DNA of 52,911 nt, filler included, from Asterionella formosa (lineage: Eukaryota): assembly GCA_002256025.1 (NCBI GenBank). It is 4 parts of 4 records of this genome, joined end to end, with 100 filler letters (N's around TTAATTAATTAA, not from the genome) between each part and the next. Parts side by side here need not be neighbours in the genome. Positions count along the whole stretch, not along the records: positions 13,263 to 26,418 come from NKIB01006919.1; positions 26,519 to 39,672 come from NKIB01006921.1; 2 more parts are not named here. One strand, given 5' to 3'. Below are positions 13,478 to 27,390 of this stretch, one piece after another; within the stretch, counting starts at the first letter, position 1; every line of letters starts with the position of its first letter. The translations under genes and the position numbers were made by a program. Below the pieces are notes generated by a model. The model did not search any database, was not told the DNA's origin, and was given only the letters and a program-made list of their open reading frames with translations.

Positions 13478-14788
13478 ATGCCCGCAATCATAGCTCACCT
13501 TGGACCCACGACCCCATTCAACGACCATGAAACGCTAGATTCGGAGACGTTTGACCTCGCCGGACAAAATGTGACAACCATTACAAACACAATCCAATCT
13601 GCCTTTGGAGAACCCTTCACGTTGGACCATATGATTCGCATTACTTTCATCACAGGTGCCGGAAAACTGGGACGCCAAAAGTATGACGACGGCGCAGCCA
13701 AGGCGGTCACATCCACCCTTCGAGACTTGGACTTCGAGGAAGATCGAGGCGCCTCGTGTGTTGTTGAATGTGCTGGGTCCTTTAAGTTGCAGCATGATAC
13801 TGGGAAGAATTTGAAGACTGTCGTTGTCTTTCCCAAGATTGTTGCAACTAATGCGATGGAGATTGGAATGAGCGATTTGAATATTGCGACAGCGTCATTG
13901 TTGGACGAGAATTCTCCCGAACATATGATAGCCATGTCGTCCAAGAGTGTTTTTGAACGCATGTTAACGAGTAAATGTTCTTCCTGGAGTCAAAAAAAGG
14001 CCTGCGTGACTGCCTTGGAAAGGTTGAAACTGATGCTGAATGCGCTGGATACGAAACTATTATCGGGAACACCAATGGCGGACGCTGAACAAGACTTCTT
14101 CGATACTGTTAGCCTTACATCCTTGGAAGAAAAAGAAGAGCTGGTGAAGCATCACATGCAGCAGCAAGTGGAGGATCAGCAGAATATTACCAAATCGGAA
14201 AAAGAAGTCTTGCTCAGTCAAGTGATGGAGCGACTAAAGATAGTTGATGACGACATCAACGGATCTAAGGGCAAGACAAAGAAACTTGAAAAACTCGCGA
14301 TAACCAAGTCAAAACTTTTGCAGAGAAAGGAACTGTTGGAAAAAATCACTCCCAAACTTCCTCACAAATTGCGGAATGAAGCTGACATTCTAAAGCTCCG
14401 CATGGAATTGAGGCCAATACAAGCCATTGAAGATGGTGCCAAGGGAAGACTTATGACGCTCAAGGAGACTCAAACACTAGCTCGTAAAGCGGAGATTCTC
14501 GAAGAAATTGAAGAGTTGGAGGAGAAATCGCGTGATTGGTTTGAAGAAGATGATGCCTTTCAGGCAAGAGTAGATGCTAGTCGTGCTGCAGCTGCTAAGA
14601 TAAAACCAGCGAAAAAGGCTACAGTCAATTCAACTGGCACAAAAAGTACGCAGGGAGCCAGTAAATGGGTGACACCTGGGGTGGCCAAAGGAGGGGTTTG
14701 GGGTAAACCTGCGACCACAAAGAAAAGTGCCAATGCGAAAGGAGGTGGCGTATTTGCGGCAATGATGGCAGATAGTGACAGCGATTAG
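13478..14788 (+). CDS. Hypothetical protein: alpha/beta N-terminal domain, coiled coil and Lys-rich tail
   Basis: 436-codon ORF from the ATG at 13478 (an upstream exon cannot be excluded). Heptad-rich middle section; ends GGGVFAAMMADSDSD. Confidence 0.8.
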   Translation: MPAIIAHLGPTTPFNDHETLDSETFDLAGQNVTTITNTIQSAFGEPFTLDHMIRITFITGAGKLGRQKYDDGAAKAVTSTLRDLDFEEDRGASCVVECAGSFKLQHDTGKNLKTVVVFPKIVATNAMEIGMSDLNIATASLLDENSPEHMIAMSSKSVFERMLTSKCSSWSQKKACVTALERLKLMLNALDTKLLSGTPMADAEQDFFDTVSLTSLEEKEELVKHHMQQQVEDQQNITKSEKEVLLSQVMERLKIVDDDINGSKGKTKKLEKLAITKSKLLQRKELLEKITPKLPHKLRNEADILKLRMELRPIQAIEDGAKGRLMTLKETQTLARKAEILEEIEELEEKSRDWFEEDDAFQARVDASRAAAAKIKPAKKATVNSTGTKSTQGASKWVTPGVAKGGVWGKPATTKKSANAKGGGVFAAMMADSDSD

Positions 14789-16945
14789 TATGGAACAAGG
14801 ATTTGCCGTTAGAAATTAATGCGAGACCACCATTTCGTTGCTCCACCCTCTGTGTCTCCTGGTACTCGAAATATGTTCTTAATTCGAGGAGGCTTAGAGA
14901 GCTTGTTGATGACAACCAAACAAGTGTTGTATGTTGTACAAGCAATGCCTTCTAGTAGTATGCTAAAGAAGAAACATGATGCAAATGTTTTACCATTGAG
15001 TTCAAGAAGCAATTGCTGGAGGTATATAAACAGGCTTGCAATTAGTGCAGGCAATTTATTATCTCAAGACAAGAGCTGTATTTGTTTGGGAGCAGTCGAC
15101 AACAAGACCTGAAGCTCTTACTGTTAGATTATGGTCTAAACACGTTCAGTATATTAGTATGGAAAATTTTGGGAATGATAATTAGGACCAGCATGCCAAT
15201 CTTCCACCTTCAGATTGGCACAACGCTCCCCACAGCAATTGACGCCAGCAGCAGCGCCAGCTTTCATCAAAGAAGAAGAGGTTGTCAGAGACACTATGTT
15301 CCTCAAAATCAGTGAATTTTTATTTAAACATATATCAAATGGTGAGCAAACTATTCGATTTTGGCTGCACTATTGCACCTACTACAAAGACGAATTTTAA
15401 GTCTATTCTAGTAGCCTACAGATAATGACATATTGAATCGATCATTGATTTGGTTGCTATGATTGGCAGAAATTGAGTATTTTTTTTAATTTAGGCAGAC
15501 CATTACTTTATTATTATTTTTATCACAGTTATATGATATTCATGATTTACATACCGGTACTTATACAGTCATCTCTTGCCGCTTTGCTAAGAATATGGCA
15601 GATGCCAGGTGCAATATTTCACCACTGCTTATCACCTTGCTTGCCAACTGTCCATCATTGATGGTGCCTTGGCCTTCTGCTCTCATATACTCACAAATTC
15701 CTCAGTAATTGCTTTGGAATAGGTCAAAAATAGCGTCCGAAAGGTGATAGGCATAAGTAGTGAGGGGTGTCATAATCTTGTGCAGGTTTTGGTATGCCAG
15801 TGCTGGGAAGATCATGCATATCAATGAAGGTTTCACTTGTAATGAATATATATGATAACCTCGATTGTGAAGGCAGTGTGTCGCAAAACTATGTTGTGGA
15901 ACTTATTCCTTAAAAAAAGTATACACTATACAAGAATGTAACTGGTAGAAAAATGGTTTAGCTGGAGATGCTCCAGTCAAACAAAGCAAGTGAATAGTGC
16001 AGCAGAGTGTCAGTGGCACTACTGCCCTGATGGGTTTATTATTTTTGAAGGCTTTTTATGGGTTACAGAGCCAAACACACCTCTGTTGTCTCTCCTTGGC
16101 CAGTTGAGCTTGCTTTCGAGGTCAGCAGTGCGCAAACCGGTCAGCAAATTTAACGACACAATGGTGAGTTTCTTCTCTCCTTCAATTGCCAGGATGTGTA
16201 TTACAATGCCAGTACCGATATCTAGGTCCAGCCGGGATGTGTTTTATTTATTCTGGGTGCAAAAATGGGTGTGATCTGTTGCCCTCACTTTTCTACACAT
16301 ATGCCACACTAAACAATACTGGTTGCTCCGTCACTGATGTCCCAGCCTATGTACAGTTACTGTACCTNNNNNNNNNNNNNNNNNNNNNNNNNNNNNNNNN
16401 NNNNNNNNNNNNNNNNNNNNNNNNNNNNNNNNNNNNNNNNNNNNNNNNNNNNNNNNNNNNNNNNNNNNNNNNNNNNNNNNNNNNNNNNNNNNNNNNNNNN
16501 NNNNNNNNNNNNNNNNNNNNNNNNNNNNNNNNNNNNNNNNNNNNNNNNNNNNNNNNNNNNNNNNNNNNNNNNNNNNNNNNNNNNNNNNNNNNNNNNNNNN
16601 NNNNNNNNNNNNNNNNNNNNNNNNNNNNNNNNNNNNNNNNNNNNNNNNNNNNNNNNNNNNNNNNNNNNNTTTGCAAAACAATTCGCGTTCATTGTCAACG
16701 AAACGAGCATTGCGGTTGCTGGTCAAACTACATTTCTGTTTGCTGTTCATGCTTGCTTCTCTAGCTTATAAGTCATTGATAACCATAGTCATATTGAGAG
16801 CTGTTGATTGAGTTCAGATCTTGAAACAAAGGAAATACCTTTTAGAAGGAAGCAGCAGTGACAGAATTAGTCCACAAGAGACTGGAGATTTCCGCTTTGA
16901 ATCCGTAACCACAACTCCGCGACTTGAAAAAACGACAGGGAAGCT

Positions 16946-19900
16946 ATGCATATTAAACAAGTTGTTCTCGATGGATTTAAGTCCTACGCGCATCGTACAG
17001 TTGTGGATGGGTGAGTTTGTGATCGCGTTTATTGAATCAGTCGGATCAGAAATAGAAAGGACTAGAAGAATTCTACGCATGCGAACCTCATCTTTGCGAT
17101 GTCATCTACATTGCCATCTCGAATCTGATGCATCACTGACCTTTGCGTTCACTAATCTCCATTTTCCTCAGCTTCGATCCTCATTTCAATGCCATTACCG
17201 GCTTAAATGGCACTGGCAAGTCTAATATTTTGGACGCCATTTGCTTTGTCCTTGGAATTACGAACCTTTCTCAAGTCCGCGCCGGAAATCTGAGTGAACT
17301 CGTCTACAAGCAAGGTCAAGCTGGTGTCAACAAGGCGAGTGTAACTGTCATTTTTGACAATTCAGACCCAGCCACATCCCCTGTTGGATACGAAGTATGC
17401 GACGAAGTGACAGTGACTCGACAAGTTTTGATTGGGGGCAAAAGCAAGTACTTAATCAATGGACGCAATTCTCCTGCAGGCCAAGTGCAAAATTTGTTTC
17501 ATTCGGTTCAGCTAAATGTCAACAACCCTCACTTTCTTATCATGCAGGGTATGTCCTAGCGATCAACGAACGAACGGTTTAAATTGATACTTAACTGACG
17601 TGTTGCTAACTATGCCCTTGCACGTTCGATAATAACAGGGAGAATCACGAAAGTATTGAACATGAAACCTCATGAGATTCTTGGCATGGTGGAAGAAGCT
17701 GCTGGTACTAGAATGTACGAGACTAAACGTGTCGCGGCGCTCAAGACAATTGAAAAGAAACAGCAAAAAGTCGACGAGCTCAACTCGGTCCTCTCCGAAG
17801 AAATCACCCCCACTCTTGAGCGTCTCCGCGGTGAAAAGCAGTCTTACCTTAAATGGTCAAAAAACAATGCAGATATTGAGCGCATTGAACGCTTTGTCAT
17901 TGCCAGTGAATACGCCAACGCTCAATGTTCCCTCGATAGCACTACGGAAGGATCTACAGCCCTGGAAGAACAAGTTGAAAAACTCAATGAGCAAGGCGAA
18001 ACGACTCGACACGAGATATCCATCAAAGAGCAGGAGATTTCTCAGCTTACTAAGAAACTGAGCGGAGAATTCGATTCACAATTGACATGCGCAAAAACAA
18101 ACGAAGAGAAGAAGTCCAAAGCTCTTGTCAAGATTACTTCGGCCTGGCAGATCAGCACGAACGACGTCACATCTTCCGAGAACGATCTGAAGGTTGCTAG
18201 AGATCTCGTGACCGAAACTGTGTCAGCAGTCAAAGCCAAGGAAACAGAAATAGCCGATGAGTCTGCTCGCATTTCTAAAGACATGCAAGATGCTGCCAAC
18301 GCCGAAGAGATCCATGCTAATCTCCAAAAGGACTATCAAAACATGTCGGCAGGAATTTCCTCGTCACAAGGCGAAGAAGGAGCATCCTTACCACATCGCA
18401 TCTCTCAAGCACATGCGGACAGCAAGAGCGCCGAGGCTAAGGCCAAAAATGCCAAAATGAAAATTGATCATTTAGTCAACGCACTCAAGGGAGTCAAGAA
18501 AGACATGGACAAAGAAAGCACATCCTCCATGGCACTTGCCAGCAAACGCGCCACTGCTTTGTCAAAGGTTCAAGGTCTTCATGCCAAACTAGGTGAATTG
18601 GATTTCGACATCGACGCATTCTCCTTGTTAGAACAAGAGAAAGTTGATCTCGATTCGGTTACTGCTGATTTGAAGGATACAGTTGAAACGCTTTCGGCTC
18701 AGTTGGAAGGTCGCCTTCGATTTAAGTATTCCGACCCCGTCCGTGGCTTTGATCGCTCGAAGGTAAAAGGTATTGTCGCTCGCTTGGTTTCTGTCCATCG
18801 TCCGGAGAATGCGACTGCGTTGGAAATAGTTGCCGGAAGCCGACTTTACCAAGTTGTTGTGGACGAAGCCATTACAGGAAAAGCCCTCCTTAGCAACGGC
18901 AAGCTTGAGCGTCGCGTTACTATAATTCCCTTGGACAAGATTCAGCCTCGTCGCATAACCAACGCCGCTTGTGAGCGCGCCAACGCGATTGCTGCTGAAT
19001 TGAATTCATCCGCTACTCCCGCTATCGAACTTATTGGTTTTGACGAAGAAATTCGCAATGCCATCGAATACGTATTCGGTTCTACCTTTGTTGTTGATGG
19101 CATGCAGGCTGCCAACAAAGTTTGTGATGCCACCAAAACCAAGACCGTTACTCTTGATGGAGATGTATACGACCCATCTGGTACTATATCGGGTGGATCC
19201 AACCATAACCTCGGGTCAACTCTATCGAAACTGTCTGAGCTTACTACTGCTTTGCACGATCTTGGTAAAAAGGAAGCTCGTTTGACAGTAGTAGAATCTC
19301 AAATGAATGCGATGAAGTCGGTCTCAGGAGAATTTGAGAAGTGCAGCGCTCGATTGGACCTTGCTTCAGCTGAATTGGCAAATGTAGAAAAACACTTGTC
19401 TCAAACTACTTTTGGTATGTTGGCGGAGAAACACAGCTCCATGACTGCCGAAATTGACACTGCAAGGATAGAATACGAGAATATGGAGCATGAGAAGAAA
19501 GTCAAGTGGGAATTGTACAATGAGCTCCAAGAGAAAGTGCAAGAACTAACTCAGCAACGCGAGGAGCGCTTGAATCAGATTGATATCGCCGTCAAAGAAG
19601 CAAAGAAGGTGGCTGCAACCAAGTCTAAGAGTGCCCGTGAAGCCGAATTACGATCGCAGACTCTTCGCTTGGAGTTGGATAGTATGAATGCTGAAGTAAG
19701 TGCTGCCAAGCAAGCTGTTGCTGTTGCTGAAAAGGCTTTATTGCACGCACACGATGTTGAGTCGGAGCTACAAATGAGGGTGGGAGATGCCAATGCTGGA
19801 TATGACGAAGCGAAAGCAGAGTTGGATGTGATCGAGGGGCAAGCCTTGCAATTCTCGTCGGAACTTTCGATGATGAAATGTGTCAAGTCTGATATGGTTA

Positions 19901-20844
19901 AAAAGGCAGAATCTTTGGAATTGGAAGCCATGAAGTTACGAGTTCAAATATCCAAGATTGAAAAGGAACGAGTCAACGCTGAAAAGTTTGTCGCCGGCAT
20001 CATGAAAAAACACGCTTGGATTGAAAGCGAAAAGGCTGCCTTTGGTGTCGAAGGTGGTGACTACGATTTTAAAGCAACCAATCCAGGTAAAATGAGCGCT
20101 CAGCTGTCTACTTTGAAGGCGGAACAAGAAGTTCTAACCAAAAAGATAAACAAGAAAGTTATGGGAATGATTGAAAAGGCAGAAGGCGAATATACTGAGC
20201 TACTACGTAAGCGAAAGGTCGTCGAGAATGACAAGAAGAAGATTCAATCAGTCATTGAGGAGCTCGACGTAAAGAAGAAATCAGAACTGGAGCGAACTTG
20301 GAAGAAAGTTAATGGCGATTTTGGTTCCATTTTTGCCACCCTTCTTCCTGGTGCAGCTGCAAAGTTGGAACCTCCTGAGGGCATGCAGGCCTGGGAAGGG
20401 CTAGAGGTCAAGGTTGCATTCGGTGATGCTTGGAAAGATTCTTTGAGTGAACTCAGTGGTGGCCAAAGGTCTCTCCTTGCTCTCAGCTTGATCCTATCAT
20501 TGCTTCTCTTCAAGCCTGCTCCAATGTATATTCTCGACGAAGTTGATGCTGCTCTGGACTTGTCACACACCCAAAATATCGGCAACATGCTCAAGACCCA
20601 TTTCAGCCAGTCTCAGTTTGTGGTAGTTTCTCTGAAAGAGGGCATGTTCAATAACGCCAACGTAATTTTTCGCACCAAATTTGTCGATGGTGTAAGTCAA
20701 GTAACGAGAACGATTGGAACGGGAGCTAGTGTGAGGTCTAGGGCCTTGAAAGAAAAGAAGAAGGCGGAAGAGGCAATTGCGCCCACTCCAAGAAAAACAG
20801 CTCCTGGAAGCAAAAGTCGAGGAAAAGAAAATTCCGTGTTCTGA
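16946..20844 (+). CDS. SMC2: Condensin subunit SMC2; exons 16946-17010, 17172-17548, 17639-20844
   Basis: [15 protein letters not shown], Walker [32 protein letters not shown], hinge, [13 protein letters not shown] and Walker [12 protein letters not shown]. Two GT-AG introns restore the frame. Confidence 0.97.
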
Positions 20845-21290
20845 AATTGGATGAGGGAGGGGAAAAAAGAGATATATTCGTAAAGACACACGATACATCT
20901 TAAATTTTTGGGAACGAAATGTAAAATGAAGGAAACTTTATACAAAGTGCATTTAGTAGTTAGGAAGACAAATGAATACTATACTGTGAATACCCTAAAG
21001 AAATGTTCGATGTTCCCACTTGTCCAGGAAAAATTGTTCGGGAATCATACGGGACAGTTTAGGTATGCAAACGAAGCCCAATTTTCAAAATTTGGTTGAA
21101 TGATCTTACGGTACTGTTGAATCTTTGACAACATCAAGTCAGTCTCCAGTGATGACAGAGCTGCTGATACTCCATCCAACTGTTGTGACAAAAGTGCGTT
21201 TAGATGACCACATTGGCTTAGGCCATATGACTGAGAGTCACAACTGAAAGAGATCTATAATTTCAAAAGGAATCAGGCTCAAATCGTCGA

Positions 21291-24200
21291 TCAGAATATT
21301 GCTGGATTCTTTGGTGCATAAATTCCTACAATTCCATCTGTGCCTCCACAGGCAAGTACAGGCTTGTGTGGGTGAAATGATAGGCAGCCAACAGGCCCGA
21401 TTCGGTGCCCTGCCATTTCTTCGTGGAATCTAATTATCTCAAGAGTGTCACCATCCAACGAGAAGAGCTTGATAAACTGGGCGTGGGAGCCCGTGGCTAT
21501 CAAGGGAATCAAGGGGTGGATAGCTAGGGCAGTCATTTGGCTTCTCTGTACGTTGTGAGTACGTATACTCGCTGAAAAACGAAGATCCCAAATTTTGACT
21601 TCACCAGAAATACTTCCCGAGACAATCTGCATTGAGATTATTAAGACGACATTAGAACGAAGATCACAACAACTGATCAACCGATCAATCAAAATCCTTT
21701 TGCTTACCTCGTGGTTTCCACCATAGCTAGTGAATGCTGTGGAGACAATCCAGCTCCCATGCTCTTTGTAGTGCTGATTCGTTTGCGACCCTCGAAAACG
21801 ATTCTCCGTGGAAATACCAATCGACCTGGGTGTTCGAAGATCAAAAGTTCTGATAGCTCCATCGCTAAATCCAGCGACAACAACGTCGGGCCCTATGCCA
21901 ACAAAATGTGTAGAACCAGACATACTCTCGTTCCAGGCTGTCGAGATAGTGGTAACACAGGCTTCGGTTTGAGTAGACAATGTTTGCAGGCATTTCTCTG
22001 CTCCTAAATCCCAGCATTGAAGCACTTTGCTTTCCCCACCTGCTACTAAGCGGCCATAATATTGTTGCCATTCTAAAACAAGCCCACTTCCTCGTGAATC
22101 ATGATTCATATCTGATAGTGCAAAGAAAGCGGACGTTAGAATAGGAACGCGTCCGTCGTGCTTTCCATCGAGGCCGGAAAAGACTCGAATTGATCCATCA
22201 TCCGTCCCAATAGCAAACAAACTATTGGACATGGCATTGATCCAGCACGATGAGGTCATCCTTGAACCTTTGGGGTTTCCATTGGAGAAAGTAAGGTGTC
22301 GAGATCCGCTGTTGGTATTCCAAAGAGAAACCTTGTCTTGACCATGGCAAACAACCAGAAAGTCCTCGCAGGGATGAAACGTAAGTATACTAGTCATTTC
22401 CTGCGCCTCATTTTTAAGGAGCATAGTTTGTTTGAGTTGAAGTGTATTCTTCTTACTGCTCAGTTCCACTTCTGCCTGGGTTTCCTTTTCCTCTTCCGAT
22501 TCCAACAATACTTCTGGGTTAATTGAAGACTTTTCCATCTGCTTTGGCTTGAGACTTTCATAAAAGTTTGATAGTCTCTGGCTTTGTTGCATGATTTTCA
22601 CCCTCCTTCGCGCCTGATAAGCAATTGAAGCTCCACGCGGGCTCAGAGGATCGTAAACGTTGTCAGTCGCCGAGAATTCATCGTGAATGGAAACAAAGGA
22701 GGACCTTTTCCACGACAAGAGCTCTGATTTGGGAAGTTCGTTTTCTACCGTGAAAGGACTTTCTGCTGCAATGGGAACGCTTTCCCTGAGGTCGGCAGTC
22801 CCAACACTAGTTACACGGAAGTTCCTATTTCTGAGCATAGAACCTCCAAGTTCTGAAGAAATTCGCCTCAGTGGAGTGTGCACGTCCCTCTCGTCGCTCG
22901 ACAAACGATGTTGAGGGCCATCACGAGCTGGGTGCTTAATTTCCGAGTAGGACAATCTACCAATTGATGCAACTCGAGCAATTCCTTCGTCTCCATCAGT
23001 ATTTGCGATTCTTCTACTTTGAGTTGCTTGCGGATCTGTCTGCATTTTTTGAAACAAAATGTTCTCGTGAACATAGCTCACTATTGAATTGGTAGCTGAC
23101 GCGACTTGACAATGAGGATCGTTTTGTTTTAAATCCTTGATAGTTTTCCAGACCTTACCGAATCTTTCAAGTGTTTCGCGGTCGACTCCATGAGGATACT
23201 CGATTTCTGTATTGAGCCTTGAAGTTGAATCAACGTCATGATTCAATTCTGGCTCATAATGTGTCTCTGATCGGGTTAACGCCAGCGCCATCTCTTCTGA
23301 GACAACCAAGAATGCATCAAGATACTTTTCAACACCACATGCCAAAGAGACAGCAGCTTCGTATCTTACCAAGGAACTTGCATCACTTGTCGCTTGGATC
23401 AATGCGTCCATCACCTCCAAGTCAAGTCTCACACGGCGTCGGTCATCAAAAACCGAAGGCATGGATTGCCGAGGATCTTGTTTTGACGATGGATATATTG
23501 GCGAGCTAATAATCGGTAAAATCTTGTTTGATAGAAATGTAGGTTCCGATTGTTGCCGAGGAGGATTACTTAATAACCCTCCTCCCATCAAACCAATTGG
23601 TGATGCACTGCCGAGAAGCGGTGCGGTTGGTGCATTTTGATTATGAGGGATCGACTGAGCAGCTAGTGCCTCGTGCGCATGTCCACCCAAAGAACCTTGA
23701 ACTTGCTGAGAATTCCATGGTATGCCATATAGGCTATTAGTTTCAAAGGTAGGCTGAAGATAGCCAGGAAAACCGGGTGAAGTAACACGTGGAGAAGGCA
23801 TCTGCTGATTTTCTGCGAGCATGTTTGGTGCCATATTTGGTTGCATTGGCCCACCTCTAACGGGGAACGACGACGATGAAGGAGTGTGCTGTCGTGGTGT
23901 TTTGCTTGATTCTAATAATGCCGAACCACCTTTTTCTGTAATTGCAACTTGTGACGAACTCAATATGCATCCGAGGCCATAGCAAGCTGCGGCTCGCACA
24001 TCAGGCGAATCATCATGACCCATTCTCACTATAAGAGTCAAGTGGACGTCGGACCCGTATGCATCATTCTGGACTACGTTGTTATCCTTCATCAAAGTCC
24101 CAAGACACAGACAAAGCCACAAGCGAAACATGGGAGGCGTCCGTTGTTCTGCAACTGCCATTTTGGCAAGAAAATCGTGATCTTTCATTTCCGTGTTTTC

Positions 24201-26313
24201 CTGCAAGTCCATGGATGACAACAGTGCACAGCAAGTGCCATGCAGATTCAAGCGCATGCATTCAGTTTGCCCCTGAGGATAACTGAAACATGTGATGGCA
24301 AGGATAAATGCGGCCATAGTCCTTTGTTCGGCAGCCTCTCTTGGATCACTAGCTAGATTCAGCGTGCCCCTACTTAATCCCCAAGTCAAATGATGTATAA
24401 AATGAGGAATAGCTCCGTCTTTCACAAGATCGACCTGGCACGACTGGTCAAATGCCAAAATCTTGGCCCAAATTCCCACAAGATTCTGTTTATTTTCTGG
24501 ACTTTGAAGTAGCTTTGTAACATAAGGATGTATTCCCAGAGAAAGCGATAGATTAACAGCCCACGGTCCCAAATCCAAAAATTGGCGTAGCAACATAAGA
24601 GCCCGTACACGATGGGCCTGAAATAAGAGAATTTGCAGCACCACAGGAAGTTGCTCGGGTGACTCCTTTGTGTCATGTATATAGTCAGGGTCATTTTTGC
24701 GGACGGATGCAAACTCAAGCCAAATTTCGAAGGCAGTGAGTTGTTCCGAAAAGAAAGGGGACGATATACTAGAGAACTGTCGTGTAGCAATTTTTTTTGA
24801 CTGTATCACTGACTTCTCTTCTCCATCTATTTCGCCTACGGGAGTGATGACACTAGAGTTTCCAATAATTCCATCTCTCATCAACCCAGTTAAACAAGTT
24901 TCGCATGCCAAATCCCATGCTTGCCATAGCGGATGGTCACAAACACCAGGAGGCAACGGTGGAAAGGATTGGGGCGAGCAATTGAGACTCCTGAGGATTC
25001 GATCTGCCAAAAGAAAATTTCGAAACATGCTCGCCACCATGAGATCCTGTCGAAACAGACATTGAAAGAGAGGTTTTGGTAACACATTCCAGGCAATAGA
25101 ATCCGTCACGGCAGTGAAAATCCAATTCAATTCTCCAAGTGGTGTTTTTCTGTCATTGGCCTTTCCAGGAACCATATTCACGTCGTCTGGGCTTAACCCT
25201 TGCATAGACTGAGGATTTCTCCTTACAAACCATCGCAAAGCCATTTGAATTGGAGTCGTCAAACATGACGTAAAAATATCTGCAGGGTAGTCAGGGTGCA
25301 TTGGTAACCATTCGTTAGCGGCTGTAGGGCATAGAACAATTGTATCCTTGACCCACTGTGACGCTCTAGCGTCCACGTCATCCACTCTATCCTGTTTTCC
25401 CTCGGTCGAGACAGCTAAATGAGCGGGAGCTGTTTCTAGGGGTGTGGTCAGGAAACGAATTAATTTTCCAGCGCAGCTACAATCTAAAACCACAATGCTC
25501 GGTTTGCCCAGCCATTGGCGTAGGTCAGTTGCACAAAGTGGAATGTATTGAGTATGGTGCTGAAGAATAGGAGTAGACTAGTTAGCTCAACTCTTCAGGC
25601 GTGCTCGAAACTCGCGTAATTCAAGAACTTACGGAATCAAAGACCCAAATTTCTCCATTTTTAGTAGCTCTAGGGACCCCATGTCCATTGTAATGCAACA
25701 GGACGCGCTCATTTCTCGCGTGGCGCCTCAGACCCAAGCATAATGCCCTTACATCTTCCACCGTTGGATCAAGTGCTCGACGATATTTAATCGTTTTCTG
25801 AGGTCTCTGTTGCTGCCAATTAGCATACTGAGCTTCTAGACGTTCTCCAATCTTTTCTTTGGCTTTAGCTCGGCTCACCGATGATGGATCCATCCAACAC
25901 TGTAGCCTAGCGCAAGGCTGAGGCTTTGTAATGTCCGGAGGATCTGTCCCTACATTCAGAGCCATCACTAACCCCACTCCTACCGTTTTCATGCGGTCCT
26001 TCAATCTCCACGAAGGAGTAATTTCCGATTGGTCCTTGTGTTCTGGCTCTTTCGAATCCGCAACAGGAACAGTATAATGTTTAATTATTGGTCTTGGCGT
26101 CGACAACGATGATCGCAACAGATGAAACGATGAGACTCTTTGCAAGACAGATCCCCCAGCCGCATCGCCTTCTCCAACAATACCAGAAGTTCCGGCTCCC
26201 TCATTGTGAATTAGCTCGTGGTCGCTCCTTCCCTGCAACAGGGAGCCGTTTGAGGTTGCTTTCGTTTTGAGGTAAGGAGCAATTCCTGCATGATAGTTAT
26301 AAAACTCCCTCAT
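21291..26313 (-). CDS. RPTOR: Regulatory-associated protein of TOR (RAPTOR/KOG1); exons 26313-25633, 25559-21708, 21626-21291; possibly 5'-incomplete at the gap
   Basis: RNC domain (WRLKDRMKT..LNVGTDPPD, LHYNGHGVP, PADIFTSCLTTPI), HEAT repeats (LGPWAVNLSLSLGI) and C-terminal WD40 repeats. GT-AG introns at 25560-25632 and 21627-21707. Confidence 0.95.
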
Positions 26314-26418
26314 ATCCTTGCGTGTGCGGCTCGTCCAGCGTTATCAAGGTTCAGCGCATCAACTGATGTTAGTCCATCAGGCAGCAAAAGGAACTCACGA
26401 GACAGAACACGATGATGA

Positions 26419-26518
26419 NNNNNNNNNNNNNNNNNNNNNNNNNNNNNNNNNNNNNNNNNNNNTTAATTAATTAANNNNNNNNNNNNNNNNNNNNNNNNNN
26501 NNNNNNNNNNNNNNNNNN
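26419..26518. other. Assembly gap with artificial linker
   Basis: 44 N + TTAATTAATTAA + 44 N. Confidence 0.95.
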
Positions 26519-26817
26519 TGGTTTGCTATGAAGGCTCAAGAAGCTATGGAGGAGATGGAGGATAGTTCAAAACCATCACGCAAAAAAACAAAGACCGGTT
26601 CTTTGGAGTCAGGCAGTTCAGTTGAAATAGATATTTCAACTTCTCGTTCATCATGAACTGATGATGAGGTGTCGATTCTAGAGACTGGACCATAAGAGTA
26701 TTAAACTAGTTTGATTATAGTGACATTACATTACAATAATCCTTTCATTATTGCTGCCAATCTAGAACTTGAACTTTACAGACTTAAAATATAAATCTAG
26801 AATCAAGTAATTATCTA

Positions 26818-27390
26818 CTATTTGTTCTCGTATTGAATCCACAAGTGCTCAATCAAATTGTTACGCAATTGAAAGTGTTCACCTTCACTCATGTAGTTCA
26901 TTCTTATATTCTTGAAATCAAGAAATGTGTGTAAATTGTCATGATTCACGTTGTCAACCAAGAATCCATCCTGAATATTGTCAAATAGATATTCATTTGT
27001 ATTTTCAGTTTCCCATTCATCCTCTATGATCATGTTGTGCAAAATGATGCATGCAATAATTACACTGTTCATAGCACCCACTGACCAAAGTTTACATGGA
27101 AGTGCAAGGATCCTCCACCTGGCCTGTAGAACTCCAAATGCTTGCTCAACATCCTTGCGCTGTGCCTCCTGATGCATCGAGAAATAACTCCGTTTTGGAC
27201 CTTGTGGCTCTGAAATTGTCTTGACAAATATATGCCAATTTGGGTAGATTCCGTCAACCAAATAATACCCCAGATTGTGTTGTTGGTTGTTGATGGCAAA
27301 CTGTACTTTTGGAGTCCTTCCAGCTGACAAATCATGGAAAAACGGTGAACGATCCAAAATATTAAGATCATTGTTTGCCCTGGGCATTCC
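26818..27390 (-). pseudogene. PIF/Harbinger DDE transposase, C-terminal half only
   Basis: GMPRANNDLNILDRSP, YYLVDGIYP, QEAQRKDVEQAFGVLQARW and ACIILHNMIIEDE are typical Harbinger transposase motifs. Similarity is lost upstream of about 27390. Confidence 0.88.

Noticed and set aside
14800..16367. Short ORFs between the hypothetical gene and SMC2
   Set aside because: Stop-riddled AT-rich sequence, probably old repeat debris, with no diagnostic motif or termini.
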